Shown: positions 31,028 to 40,168 of the stretch, one piece after another
Layout: each line of letters begins with the position of its first letter
Position numbering within the stretch: position 1 is the stretch's first letter
Origin: Deltaproteobacteria bacterium
GTDB lineage: Bacteria; Lernaellota; Lernaellaia; JACKCT01
Assembly (NCBI GenBank): GCA_027493875.1
Contig: JAOSJX010000002.1
Coordinates: 229,349-293,348, forward strand
Length of the DNA: 64,000 bases
Direction: 5' to 3'
Position numbers and translations under genes: made by a program
Notes under the pieces: model-generated
Seen by the model: only the letters and a program-made list of their open reading frames with translations
Databases searched by the model: none
Told to the model about the DNA's origin: nothing

Positions 31028-31818
31028 CGGCGACGATCTCGTTGACCGTTCGGGTAAACGCGTTCACGTGCGAGCCGTCAATCAAGCGGTGATCCAGGAC
31101 CATTGTCACGCGCACGATCGGCTTGGCGACCCACTGGCCGTCGATCCACTTGGGCTCGACGACCGGCGCATGCAGAAAGAAGCGCGCGAACGTCCGTAAG
31201 ATGTGCGTCGCGCCTTTGACGGCCAGAAAATTGTTGGTCTCCGCGGTATTGGCCTTCGACAGCAGCACGTTCGTCGTCAGGCCGCGTTCGTACACCATTC
31301 TGAATTGGAATTTCTCGCTGACGATTTTGTACAACTCCGCTCCGAATGTACAACTTTGGAAGCAGCGCGTTGCTATGCAGTCCCCGTTCCTGAATCTCCG
31401 TGATCTTCCTTTCCCGTTCCGCCACAAAAAAATCGCAGATTTCCTCGAGGGACTTGTCCTGCGGATCTTCCATCAGCAACATGGTCAGCGCGCCGGCGCC
31501 GCCGGGCAACAGGTACGGATTGGAGACCGTGACATTCTCCAATTCGAAGATGCGGCGGTCCAGCACGACGCTGTTGTATTCCGGGTGCGTCTTGAGCGCC
31601 AATCCAAGAAGTTTGTTGAAAGCGTGAACCGCGGTGATCGGTTTGCCGGTTTGTTCCCGTTTCTGAGCGATCGCCTCGAACATCGGTTGCGCGTCGATAC
31701 TCAATATCGCCGTGACGTAGGGGTCCGGCGACGGCGAGAAAACATACATTTGGGCCTGGCGGGCGTTGCCGAGTTCCGCTTTGCCCAGCCGGCGCATTCG
31801 AAGCTTTCGTTGTCCCAA
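31008..31818 (-). CDS. Stand-alone 2-oxoacid dehydrogenase E2 catalytic-domain-like acyltransferase (frameshift near 31370)
   Basis: ILSIDAQPMF, ITAVHAFNKLLGLAL, C-terminal VTMVLDHRLIDG (HxxxDG); no lipoyl or E3-binding domain. Confidence 0.75.
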
Positions 31819-32005
31819 GGAAATTTCCTTTTCTTTTATTCAAGGCCGGCCCATCCGGCCGGCAGCCGTTGATCGTTTGTAGCACGGATTCTCCAGATCA
31901 AAAAACGAATCCATTTCGTCTCGGACCTCCGTCGCGCTCGCGGGTTCGTCGTGAATGAAGGGCGTCGCGCTTCGTCCATGGGCAACGGGGCACAGGGTAT
32001 GATAA

Positions 32006-32611
32006 ATGTCTATTCGGCTCCGTCCGACAGGTCGTCGCCGCGTCCCGTTTCGGCGGCGACAGAGGAGCGCCAATTTGAATTGGAAGTTCACCCCCATCAT
32101 TTTCGCCGCATTCCTCGCGGTCGGCTCATCCTTTGCCTGCGTCTCCGATAACGACAGCCATCACGAGGATGCCTCCGTTTGGACCGATCCGGTGACGGGC
32201 CTGATGTGGGAGGTCACGCCGTCCAGCGGGTTCGTCAATTGGGATGAGGCGCGGGATCACTGCGATACCCTGGCGTCCGACGGCCACAATGATTGGCGGC
32301 TTCCGACGATTTCCGAACTGCGTTCGCTGGTGCGCGGATGCGACCGGACGGACTTCGACGGTCCCTGCCCCGTATCGGAAGAGTGCGCCGAGCGTGCGTG
32401 CCAGACCGGTGATTGCTTCGCGTGCAATTTTGGCGGCGGCCCGAACGACGGCTGCTTCGCTCCGCCGGAACTCGAGGACGCCTGTGACTATTTCTGGTCG
32501 TCAACCCTCGTCCCCGACGGCGACGCGCGCGCTTGGGCGATCGGATTCAGCAGCGCGTTCATCTATAAACCGCGCACGCATTTCGCGTTTCACGCGCGAT
32601 GCGTTCGGTAA
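32006..32611 (+). CDS. DUF1566 (Lcl C-terminal) domain lipoprotein
   Basis: Lipobox SFAC, WTDPVTGLMWE, W.EARDHC, DWRLPTISELRSL, FWSST; true start may be slightly downstream. Confidence 0.8.
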   Translation: MSIRLRPTGRRRVPFRRRQRSANLNWKFTPIIFAAFLAVGSSFACVSDNDSHHEDASVWTDPVTGLMWEVTPSSGFVNWDEARDHCDTLASDGHNDWRLPTISELRSLVRGCDRTDFDGPCPVSEECAERACQTGDCFACNFGGGPNDGCFAPPELEDACDYFWSSTLVPDGDARAWAIGFSSAFIYKPRTHFAFHARCVR

Positions 32612-32707
32612 CGGCGGCTCTTTACAACCTCTTTACAAAATTTTGCCGCCCCGTTGATTTTTTCCTTACATTGCCGCGCTACGGTGGGGACAACAAAGGA
32701 GGCCGCC

Positions 32708-34135
32708 ATGAAATACGATGTTTTCCTTCTGACGGTGCTGGTGTGTCTTTCGTTCGCTTTGGCGTTTTCGGCCGCGTGCGAACCGGGGGACGACGACGAC
32801 GATGACGACGACGCCGCGGGCGACGGCACCTACACCGTCGTCGATACAAATCAAACGACGTGCTACGGCGAGGTCGAGCCCCTGGGTTGTCCCGCTTCGG
32901 GGAGCGACTACCACGGCCAGGACGCGCAGTACGCCGGCAGCCAACCCAGCTACGCCGACAACGGCGACGGCACGGTGACCGACGAGCGCACCGGCTTGAT
33001 GTGGCAGCAGGATCCCGGCGACAAGCAGTCGTATGACGAGGCCGTGGCGGGCGCGGAGGGTTTCGATCTCGCCGGATATACCGATTGGCGTTTGCCGACG
33101 GTCAAAGAACTCTACTCGCTGATCTTGTTCTCCGGCGAAGACCCGAGTTCCGAAGATGACACCGCGGAGACGCTGACACCGTTTATCGACGCCGACATTT
33201 TTGGGTTCGAGTACGGTGACCCGGACGTGGAACGCGTCATCGATTCGCAGTGGGCAACGCGGAGCATTTATACGTCGACCGTCTTCGGCGGCGATGAGTG
33301 CTTCTTCGGGGTCAACTTCGCGGACGGACGCATCAAGTGTTATCCAACGTCCGTCGGGAAAGCCTATTTCGTCCTCTACGTCCGTGACCAAACGAGCTAC
33401 GGAAAAAACGATTTCACCGACAACGGCGACGGCACGGTCAACGACGCGGCGACCGGCCTCATGTGGCAGCACGACGACAACGGTACGGGCGTCGAATGGG
33501 ACCAAGCGCTCGCCTATTGCGAGGACTTCGACGGGGCGGGTTACGACGATTGGCGGCTACCCAACGCCAAGGAATTGGAGAGCCTCGTCGACTACAGCCG
33601 GTCGCCCGATGCAACGGGGACGGCGGCGATCGACCCGGTTTTCGAGACGAGCGCGATCGTGAACGAAGCGGGGCTAGACGACTTCCCGTATTTCTGGACC
33701 AGTACCACGCACGTGAAATCGACGGGGGCCGCCGATTCCGCCGCCTATGTTTCTTTCGGACGCGCTCTCGGGTTGATGAACGGCACCTGGATGGATGTTC
33801 ACGGGGCGGGCGCCCAACGTAGCGATCCGAAGTCCGGCGACCCCAACGACTATCCCGTGGGCCATGGGCCGCAGGGCGACGCGATACGCATCTTCAATTA
33901 TGTGCGGTGCGTTCGCGACGGCGGGACCGGCTTCGATAATACGGACGGCGACGACGGCAACGCCGGCGACGACGATGCCGGCCCACCGCAGGAAGCGGTG
34001 GACGCGTGCGACGGCAATAGCGAAAGCGACGAATGCGCGTTCGAGGGCGCCGGCGGTGAAACCGTCACCGGCACGTGCGAGTTTATCGGCGAGGAACTCG
34101 CGTGCGTGCCGGAGGGCGGTCCGCCCACCGACTAA
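32708..34135 (+). CDS. Lipoprotein with two DUF1566 domains and Cys-rich C-terminal module
   Basis: AAAGGAGG RBS, lipobox SAAC + DDD linker, two DNGDGTV.D..TGLMWQ...DWRLP repeats, SDPKSG, RIFNYVRCVR. Confidence 0.88.
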   Translation: MKYDVFLLTVLVCLSFALAFSAACEPGDDDDDDDDAAGDGTYTVVDTNQTTCYGEVEPLGCPASGSDYHGQDAQYAGSQPSYADNGDGTVTDERTGLMWQQDPGDKQSYDEAVAGAEGFDLAGYTDWRLPTVKELYSLILFSGEDPSSEDDTAETLTPFIDADIFGFEYGDPDVERVIDSQWATRSIYTSTVFGGDECFFGVNFADGRIKCYPTSVGKAYFVLYVRDQTSYGKNDFTDNGDGTVNDAATGLMWQHDDNGTGVEWDQALAYCEDFDGAGYDDWRLPNAKELESLVDYSRSPDATGTAAIDPVFETSAIVNEAGLDDFPYFWTSTTHVKSTGAADSAAYVSFGRALGLMNGTWMDVHGAGAQRSDPKSGDPNDYPVGHGPQGDAIRIFNYVRCVRDGGTGFDNTDGDDGNAGDDDAGPPQEAVDACDGNSESDECAFEGAGGETVTGTCEFIGEELACVPEGGPPTD

Positions 34136-34342
34136 TTCGATCGCATCCTTCTCTTTGACGCGCGCTTCGCGTTTCGTGTGACGCGAGGCGCGTTTTTCCT
34201 TTCCTCTCTCCGTCAACAAACCGGCTTGACTTTGCGCCGCAAGGTTTGGATTATCGTGACGATTTCAGCGGTTCGCCCCGACGTGTCGGCGCCAGGTCAC
34301 GCGGACGGGATGACTTTTTTATCGACTCTTTAGGGAGGACGA

Positions 34343-35291
34343 ATGATCCCGCGCACGGAGAAGGGCGTCCTGCGGTATCTCGGCAAACTCGCGGACGCGG
34401 CGACCGATTCCAAGACCGGTCTTCTCTTCAAACACGTTGCGAAGCAAAAGAACGGACAGACGTCCGTGGCGGCGACGGGATATTTCATCTCCACCTGCTA
34501 CTACTACCGCAAACTCTTCGACATGAAGGATTTTCAAAAGCTGGCGCAACGGTTTGCGGACCCTTTGAAAACGTCTCTTTTTCTCAATGCCGGGGCCGCG
34601 GACGGTGCGACCGTCTACCTCTTTGACACGCAGGTCGCGCTGGCGGCGTTCTGGCAGTTATGCGTTCAATCGGGAAAAACGAGCGACTGGAAATTATATT
34701 TCGACATCTCCGACCGGTCGCGCGAAATGATCCGCGACTTCATCGCGACCGGCGGCGATGCGGCACCGGACGATTGGACGGCTCCAGATGGGGGCGCACC
34801 TCCTCCGCTTTCACGCCAACCTTCCGCACGAAGAGTCCGAAATACTGCACCGTTTAACGGCCCTGCCGTCGATGCGGCGTTTCATGGACGGGCTCGAGCC
34901 GGAAACGCCGCTGCCCACGCGGCAAGCGCTTCACGGCCTCGAAGGACTCCTGCTCGTGCCGACGGTTCAGCATTGGCAGCTTCTGAACGCCGCGATGCTC
35001 CTGGGCCGCCATCAAAACGGCGACGGCGGCGTGTGGGCCTATCTTTCCACCGATGCCAAGGACACGGTTGCGGTGGACGCCACGGCGCAGGCCGTGCGGG
35101 TGTGGAGCATCGTGGACGCGAAGCGGTTCTACGGCGAGATCAAAAAGGCGCTCGGCTACCTCGACGACCAGTTTGAGGACGCGGGGCTGAAAGATCCCAC
35201 CGACGGCAAGCGCGCCACGCACGCGTCGCTCTTCGCGCTTCAAGCGGCGAGCTTCGCCGAACGCGGCGGCAATCCTTCCGAGCTTATCTGA
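34343..35291 (+). CDS. Hypothetical alpha-helical protein (frameshift near 34780), possible alpha/alpha-toroid
   Basis: GGGAGG RBS; two overlapping ORFs join into about 315 aa; QNGDGGVW resembles the QW repeat of prenyltransferase/cyclase folds. Confidence 0.55.
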
Positions 35292-35295
35292 AAAA

Positions 35296-36495
35296 TCAAA
35301 CGGCGGCTTGATCGGCGTTGTAGCGTCGGACCTTCGGGCATCCGGGGTCCGGGGCGTAGATGTCGCCCGACTCGTGTTTCGACACGACGTGACATCCGCC
35401 GCGGCAGAGTTTGAGGAAGTCGCAACTCGCGCATGGCTGCGGCGCGGCGTCCACCCATTTTCGAAACGCGAAGAATGTGTCCTCGCGGCCCCACCAATCC
35501 TGAATATTGAAGACCGTCCGATTTTCCGAGGAAGCGAACGAGCAGGCCGACGCGGCGCCGTCGGCGCCGACCCCGCACAGCATATTGCCTCCGTGGCATC
35601 CGGTGACGCCGTAGAACTCCAATTTTTCCTGATCGGGGTTATGACAATAAAGATAAGGCGTCAGCGAGCAGTCGATCGCGAGCGGCGTATCGTACTCCTT
35701 GGCGAGGTCCATCACCTTCGGGAAGAACCGCCACGCCTGATCGTCGTCCAAATCGTGCGCGAGAAACGCGTCGATGTCCGCGGCACGTCCGGCGGGTTTG
35801 TACCGCAGCAGTTCGAGCTGCTGAATGCCCACGTCTTCGCCGAGCGCGAAGATCTCCTCGAGATACTCGAAGTTGTGGCGGCTGACGACGCAATTGATGC
35901 CGGTGCGGACGCTCTTCCGCTTCAGGGCGCGCAACGCCCGGAAGGCGCGGTCGAAGCCGTTAATGCCCCGGTGCGTCGCGTAGCGGTCGCCGACGCCGTC
36001 GATGCTGATGTTGACCTGGCCGAACACCGCGAATTCCGCCGCGTTCTCGCCGGTAATATGAAATCCATTGGTCGTCAGATTCGGAATCATGCCCAACCCG
36101 CGGGCGACGTGCGCCACTTCGAAGAGCCAGGGCAATTCGGTGCTCTCACCGCCGCCGAGAGCCAGATGAAACACGCGCATCTTGGCGAGCCTTGCGAGCG
36201 CCGCGAAAACGCCCTCGCGCCCCATCTCCCCGTCACCCGCACCGTCCGGCGCGCTGTCCATGTAACACATGCGGCAGCCGGCCGAGCATTTCTTGGTGAG
36301 CGCGAGATGCACCTCGGTGGGCGCGGACAAAACCGACAGCACCGATCCGTCCTCGTCCCAGAGCGGACTGTCCGGGTAGCCCAGGTCGCGCATGTAATCG
36401 CGGTCGACATAGATCAGCGCGTTGGGGCGTTCCAATTGAAGGATGCCGCCGAATCTCTCGTAACGAAATTTGAACGGTTCGTATTTAGGCGTCAT
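35296..36495 (-). CDS. Radical SAM enzyme with C-terminal SPASM domain
   Basis: CSAGCRMC, ALGGGE, NLTTNG, ISIDG; SPASM CHGGNMLC..C..CASCDFLKLCRGGC..PDPGC. Confidence 0.92.
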   Translation of the reverse strand: MTPKYEPFKFRYERFGGILQLERPNALIYVDRDYMRDLGYPDSPLWDEDGSVLSVLSAPTEVHLALTKKCSAGCRMCYMDSAPDGAGDGEMGREGVFAALARLAKMRVFHLALGGGESTELPWLFEVAHVARGLGMIPNLTTNGFHITGENAAEFAVFGQVNISIDGVGDRYATHRGINGFDRAFRALRALKRKSVRTGINCVVSRHNFEYLEEIFALGEDVGIQQLELLRYKPAGRAADIDAFLAHDLDDDQAWRFFPKVMDLAKEYDTPLAIDCSLTPYLYCHNPDQEKLEFYGVTGCHGGNMLCGVGADGAASACSFASSENRTVFNIQDWWGREDTFFAFRKWVDAAPQPCASCDFLKLCRGGCHVVSKHESGDIYAPDPGCPKVRRYNADQAAV

Positions 36496-36679
36496 GTCCG
36501 TTTCCTCTCCATCGCCGAAAAACCCTCAACATGGCGGAGAGAAAAATCGTCGCGACACTCGCGAACGCGGCGCCCCAGATGAGCACCTGAACGTCGGCTC
36601 CCAGACTCGAACTGTTGGGATTGATCCCGTAACGAATCTGGAGAATTTTTCCTTTGCCACGACCTTTCTTAATCGCCAT
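36485..36679 (-). CDS. 64-aa peptide with GINPNSSS motif and C-terminal TM helix; candidate radical SAM substrate
   Basis: MAIKKGRGKGKILQIRYGINPNSSSLGADVQVLIWGAAFASVATIFLSAMLRVFRRWRGNGHDA; 11-nt overlaps with both neighbours. Confidence 0.75.
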   Translation of the reverse strand: MAIKKGRGKGKILQIRYGINPNSSSLGADVQVLIWGAAFASVATIFLSAMLRVFRRWRGNGHDA

Positions 36680-37805
36680 ATTCCATCTCGTACGCGAGAG
36701 AATCCCACAACAAATTCGCCAGGTCGGTTAGGTAAAACACCGCGTAGAGCATTGCCGCTCCGACAACTAACGCGGCGAGCGCGAAAACCCACAAACCTCT
36801 CCTCGACGCCGGGCGTAATTGAACGAACAATCCGTTGCAGACGACGACCGCGACGGCCGCCGGCCAGAGTATCAACAGGCTTCTCACGAATATTTGACCG
36901 CGATCACGCAACCCCGTGATCGCCCCAAAGATAATGAGCGACAGCACGAGGGTTTCCGGCCACGCCTGCCACAATCCGCTCCACGACACGCGCCGCCATG
37001 GGATGCCGGCGAGCATCGCCACAAGGTACGCCGCCACCACCGCGGCCGATGCGTAGAACCCGCCGCGCATGACCGTGAAATCGCGGACGCGGCGCAAGCC
37101 CTTCTCCGCGGCCAGCACCGCGAACCGGTTGTCCGCCGCTTCGGCGGCGAGCCGTCGGTAGGCCGCCCGTGCTTCCGCGATATTTCGCGTTTCGATGTGC
37201 GCGTTGCCGATGGCGACCAGCGCCGTGACGAAATTTCGATCGGAATCGTAGGATTCGATGATGCGCTCGTAGGCGGCGATCCCGTCGGCGTAACGCTCCA
37301 GGCGCATGCGTTCCTGAGCGATGAAAAGCCACGCCTTTTCCGCGAGCGAAAAGTCCGGGTGCGCTTCCATCAGCTTTTCCATCCGAGCCAGCGCCTCGGC
37401 GCCGCCGATGCGGTAATACTCCAACAGGATGGCCTGATATTCCCTGAACGCCACGTCGCCGCTGGCGCGCGACTTATTGAGCCGGCGGATCGTGGCCTCC
37501 GCGCGGCGCGCGTTTTTGCTCTCCGGAAACTCCTCGACGAGGCGCGCGTAAAACGCGACGGCGCGGTTGTAATCGTAGATTTCGCGCTCGTAAATCCAGC
37601 CGATTTTGTAAAGGATGTCATCGGCGAGACGATGATTCGGTTGCTCTTTCAACAGCGCTTCGAGATCGGCCACGGCCTTTTGGGGTTCGCCCGCCCGGCC
37701 GGCTTTCACGGCGGCCGTGTAGCGCTCGATCACGTCATCGGCCGACGCCGGAACGACCGCGGCGGCCAACAAAAGGGCGACGATGATGCAGACGACTTCA
37801 CGCAC
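36669..37805 (-). CDS. Exported TPR-repeat (BamD/CpoB-like) protein with C-terminal multi-TM anchor
   Basis: Signal peptide, TPR helices (ADDILYKIGWIY, YARLVEEFPES, AEKAWLFIA), about 4 C-terminal hydrophobic helices. Confidence 0.8.
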   Translation of the reverse strand: MREVVCIIVALLLAAAVVPASADDVIERYTAAVKAGRAGEPQKAVADLEALLKEQPNHRLADDILYKIGWIYEREIYDYNRAVAFYARLVEEFPESKNARRAEATIRRLNKSRASGDVAFREYQAILLEYYRIGGAEALARMEKLMEAHPDFSLAEKAWLFIAQERMRLERYADGIAAYERIIESYDSDRNFVTALVAIGNAHIETRNIAEARAAYRRLAAEAADNRFAVLAAEKGLRRVRDFTVMRGGFYASAAVVAAYLVAMLAGIPWRRVSWSGLWQAWPETLVLSLIIFGAITGLRDRGQIFVRSLLILWPAAVAVVVCNGLFVQLRPASRRGLWVFALAALVVGAAMLYAVFYLTDLANLLWDSLAYEMEYGD

Positions 37806-37876
37806 GCGGCGATACTAACACAGGACGGGGCCGCGCCGTCTTGACGAGCGTCAGGGCCGCCGACAAACTCGGCACC

Positions 37877-38520
37877 ATGAACGGGCGCCACGCGGTTCTC
37901 GAGGTTGTTTTTGTTGTCTGCGCCGTGCTTCTCACGCTCAAAGTCGTCCAACTGATCCCACCGGCGCTCGGGTTCTCCGCGCCGATCCAGGAATCGCCGC
38001 CGTGATCTGGCTTGCGGTTTCTTTCGATATGGCGCGCCGGATCGGAGCCAGGCCGTCGGGTTTAGGCCTCGGAACCGGCCAGGCCCGGACCGCGGCTCGG
38101 CTGACCGCCGTCGTTGCCCTTCCCGCGCTGGTCGTTTTCACGGCCGCGCACCTCGCACTACACGGCTTTCATCCGGTGAAAAGCTTTACCGACGTGGTGA
38201 TTCAGGTACCGGTCCAACTGCTGGCCGTCGCGTTTCCGGAGGAAATCTTCTTTCGCGGCTATCTGCAAAGCCGTTTGACGGCCGCGCTGCCGTCCGGACC
38301 GCGCTATCTCGGTGTCGGCCTCGGCGTTCCGCTCGTCCTTCCCGCCTTTCTTTTCGCCGCGGCGCATTTTTTTATGGACCCGGCCCCCGCGCGCCTCGCG
38401 ACGTTTTTTCCCGGTCTTCTTTTCGGTTATCTCCGCGAGCGAACGGGCGCCGTGTGGGCCGGCGTCGCGGTTCACGCAGCGGCCAACGTCGTCGTCTTCG
38501 CGTTGGAGGGACAGCTATAA
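37877..38520 (+). CDS. CPBP (Abi/CAAX type II) glutamic intramembrane protease, myxosortase-like (frameshift near 37990)
   Basis: FPEEIFFRGYLQ (EExxxR), FAAAH, RLATFFPGLLFGYLRERTG, HAAAN; upstream ATG 37877 MNGRHAVLEV. Confidence 0.8.
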
Positions 38521-38526
38521 GCGGGC

Positions 38527-39274
38527 TTAATCGGCCGGCGCGAGCGGCGGGCCGAGGCGAACCGTCAACGACGGGGTCTTGAGAAGCTTTTCCCTCGTGT
38601 GGAAGTAGGAGACGGCGTTCAGCGGCTCATCCGGCGCGACAGGACCCGCATCAATATTCAGAGTGACGTTGTCTCCCGGCTTCAGCGTCCGCGGCAGGCC
38701 TTTGCCGTCGCCGAAGCGGGAGGCGGACGGGCTGTTCGCCGGTTTCGATCGACTCGATCGTCACCGGGGCCTTTCCAAGATTCATGGCTTGCGCGGTGTG
38801 CCGGACGGCTTTTTCGGTCGGCGCCTCCCGGATGACGATCAAGCTCGGATCGATCAGCAGCCACGGTTGGACGTTGCCTCGAAGCTGAACGATCTCGTCC
38901 GGCGTCCGGGAGTCGTCGATGCGGACCGTGACATACTGCGTTCTCTGGCCGGGATAGCCGTCGGAGTTGAAGCTAAGGCGGACGGCGGTCTCCTCGCCGG
39001 GAGCGAGGAAGGGGTTTATCGCCTCGCCCGTCGTGCACGGGCAACCGGCCAGGATGTCGGTAATGACGAACGCCGCGGCGCCGACGTTACGGACGGTGAA
39101 TTCTTTTTTCACGACCGCACCCTCTTCGACCTCGCCGAACTCCATCACGCGCGGTTCGACGGCGAGGCGGGCCACCGGCGTCTCGGCGGGCGGTTCCTCC
39201 GGCTTTTTGCAGCCGGCGATCCCCGCGAGCGCCACGACGATCCCGATCGCCGCCAGGTTTCCGAAACGCGTCAA
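38527..39274 (-). CDS. DUF1573 (Ig-like) domain lipoprotein, frameshifted
   Basis: Lipobox IAGC; MEFGEV, FTVRNVG, AGCPCT, LAPGEETAV. Confidence 0.75.
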
Positions 39275-39354
39275 ATCGGCCGAATCCTCCCGCCGCGCAT
39301 CAAACAGGATTTTGGGACCCGGCGCAATCCGGCTTTGTTCGTGGGCAAATTTCG

Positions 39355-39382
39355 TTGACAGTGTTCGGCTTTCTGTTAGTGT
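39355..39382 (+). promoter_or_regulatory. Sigma-70-like promoter for the peptidase/ATP-grasp operon
   Basis: TTGACA-N16-TAGTGT with extended -10 TG. Confidence 0.5.
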
Positions 39383-39415
39383 TCCGCCGCGTCCTTCACT
39401 GGGGGTTCTCGGGCC

Positions 39416-40168
39416 ATGGGCCCGTCAAGCACGACGCCGCGCCGGCCGTTTTCCGTCACGCGTCAGCCCGACAACACGAGTTGCGGTCCGACCTGCCTTC
39501 ACGGCATCTATCGTTTTTTCGACCACGACATCTCCGTGGACCAGGTGATCGATGAGACGCCGGCGCTCAAGGACGGCGGAACGCTCGCCGTGTTTCTCGG
39601 CATCGACGCGCTCAAGCGCGGATTCCGCGCGACGATCTATACGTACAATCTCGAGGTCTTCGACCCCTCCTGGTTCACCACTCCGGACGTCGATCTTTCC
39701 GACCGGCTTCGGCGGCAGGCGGAATTTAAGCGCAACATGAAACTGCGCGAGGCGACGGCCGGCTATCTGGAATTTCTCCGCCTCGGCGGAACCATCCGTT
39801 TCGAGGACCTGACGCGCAAGCTTCTGCGCGATCAGCTCAAGGCCGGCCTTCCGATTCTGACGGGCCTTTCGTCTACGTACCTCTACCGCACACCACGCGA
39901 GTACGGCCCGAATCTTGACTACGACGATGTCCGCGGCGAGCCGTGCGGGCATTTCGTCGTGCTGTGCGCCTACGATCCGGAGCAGCGGCTCGTGACCGTC
40001 GCGGATCCGCTGACGCCGAATCCTCTGTCCAACGAACCCCTTTACGCCGTGGAGATCGACCGCGTCCTGGGCGCCATATTGCTCGGCGTTCTGACTTACG
40101 ACGCGAACCTGCTGGTCGTCTCTCCCGCGCAGGAGAAGCCTTTCCGTGCAGCACCTCGTGGTGGTTGA
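39416..40168 (+). CDS. Papain-like (C39-like) cysteine peptidase/transglutaminase
   Basis: QPDNTSCGPTCL (Q..C), GHFVVL (His), VADP (Asp). Confidence 0.8.
   Translation: MGPSSTTPRRPFSVTRQPDNTSCGPTCLHGIYRFFDHDISVDQVIDETPALKDGGTLAVFLGIDALKRGFRATIYTYNLEVFDPSWFTTPDVDLSDRLRRQAEFKRNMKLREATAGYLEFLRLGGTIRFEDLTRKLLRDQLKAGLPILTGLSSTYLYRTPREYGPNLDYDDVRGEPCGHFVVLCAYDPEQRLVTVADPLTPNPLSNEPLYAVEIDRVLGAILLGVLTYDANLLVVSPAQEKPFRAAPRGG

Noticed and set aside
31008-31818. Annotation as true pyruvate/2-oxoglutarate dehydrogenase E2 (aceF/sucB)
   Set aside because: No lipoyl or peripheral-subunit-binding domain and no E1/E3 neighbours, so no symbol assigned
35308-36582. 424-aa plus-strand ORF over the radical SAM gene (and similar long antisense ORFs such as 18843-20300, 39873-41324, 45673-46848, 50544-52337)
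   Set aside because: Typical high-GC antisense open frames opposite well-supported genes
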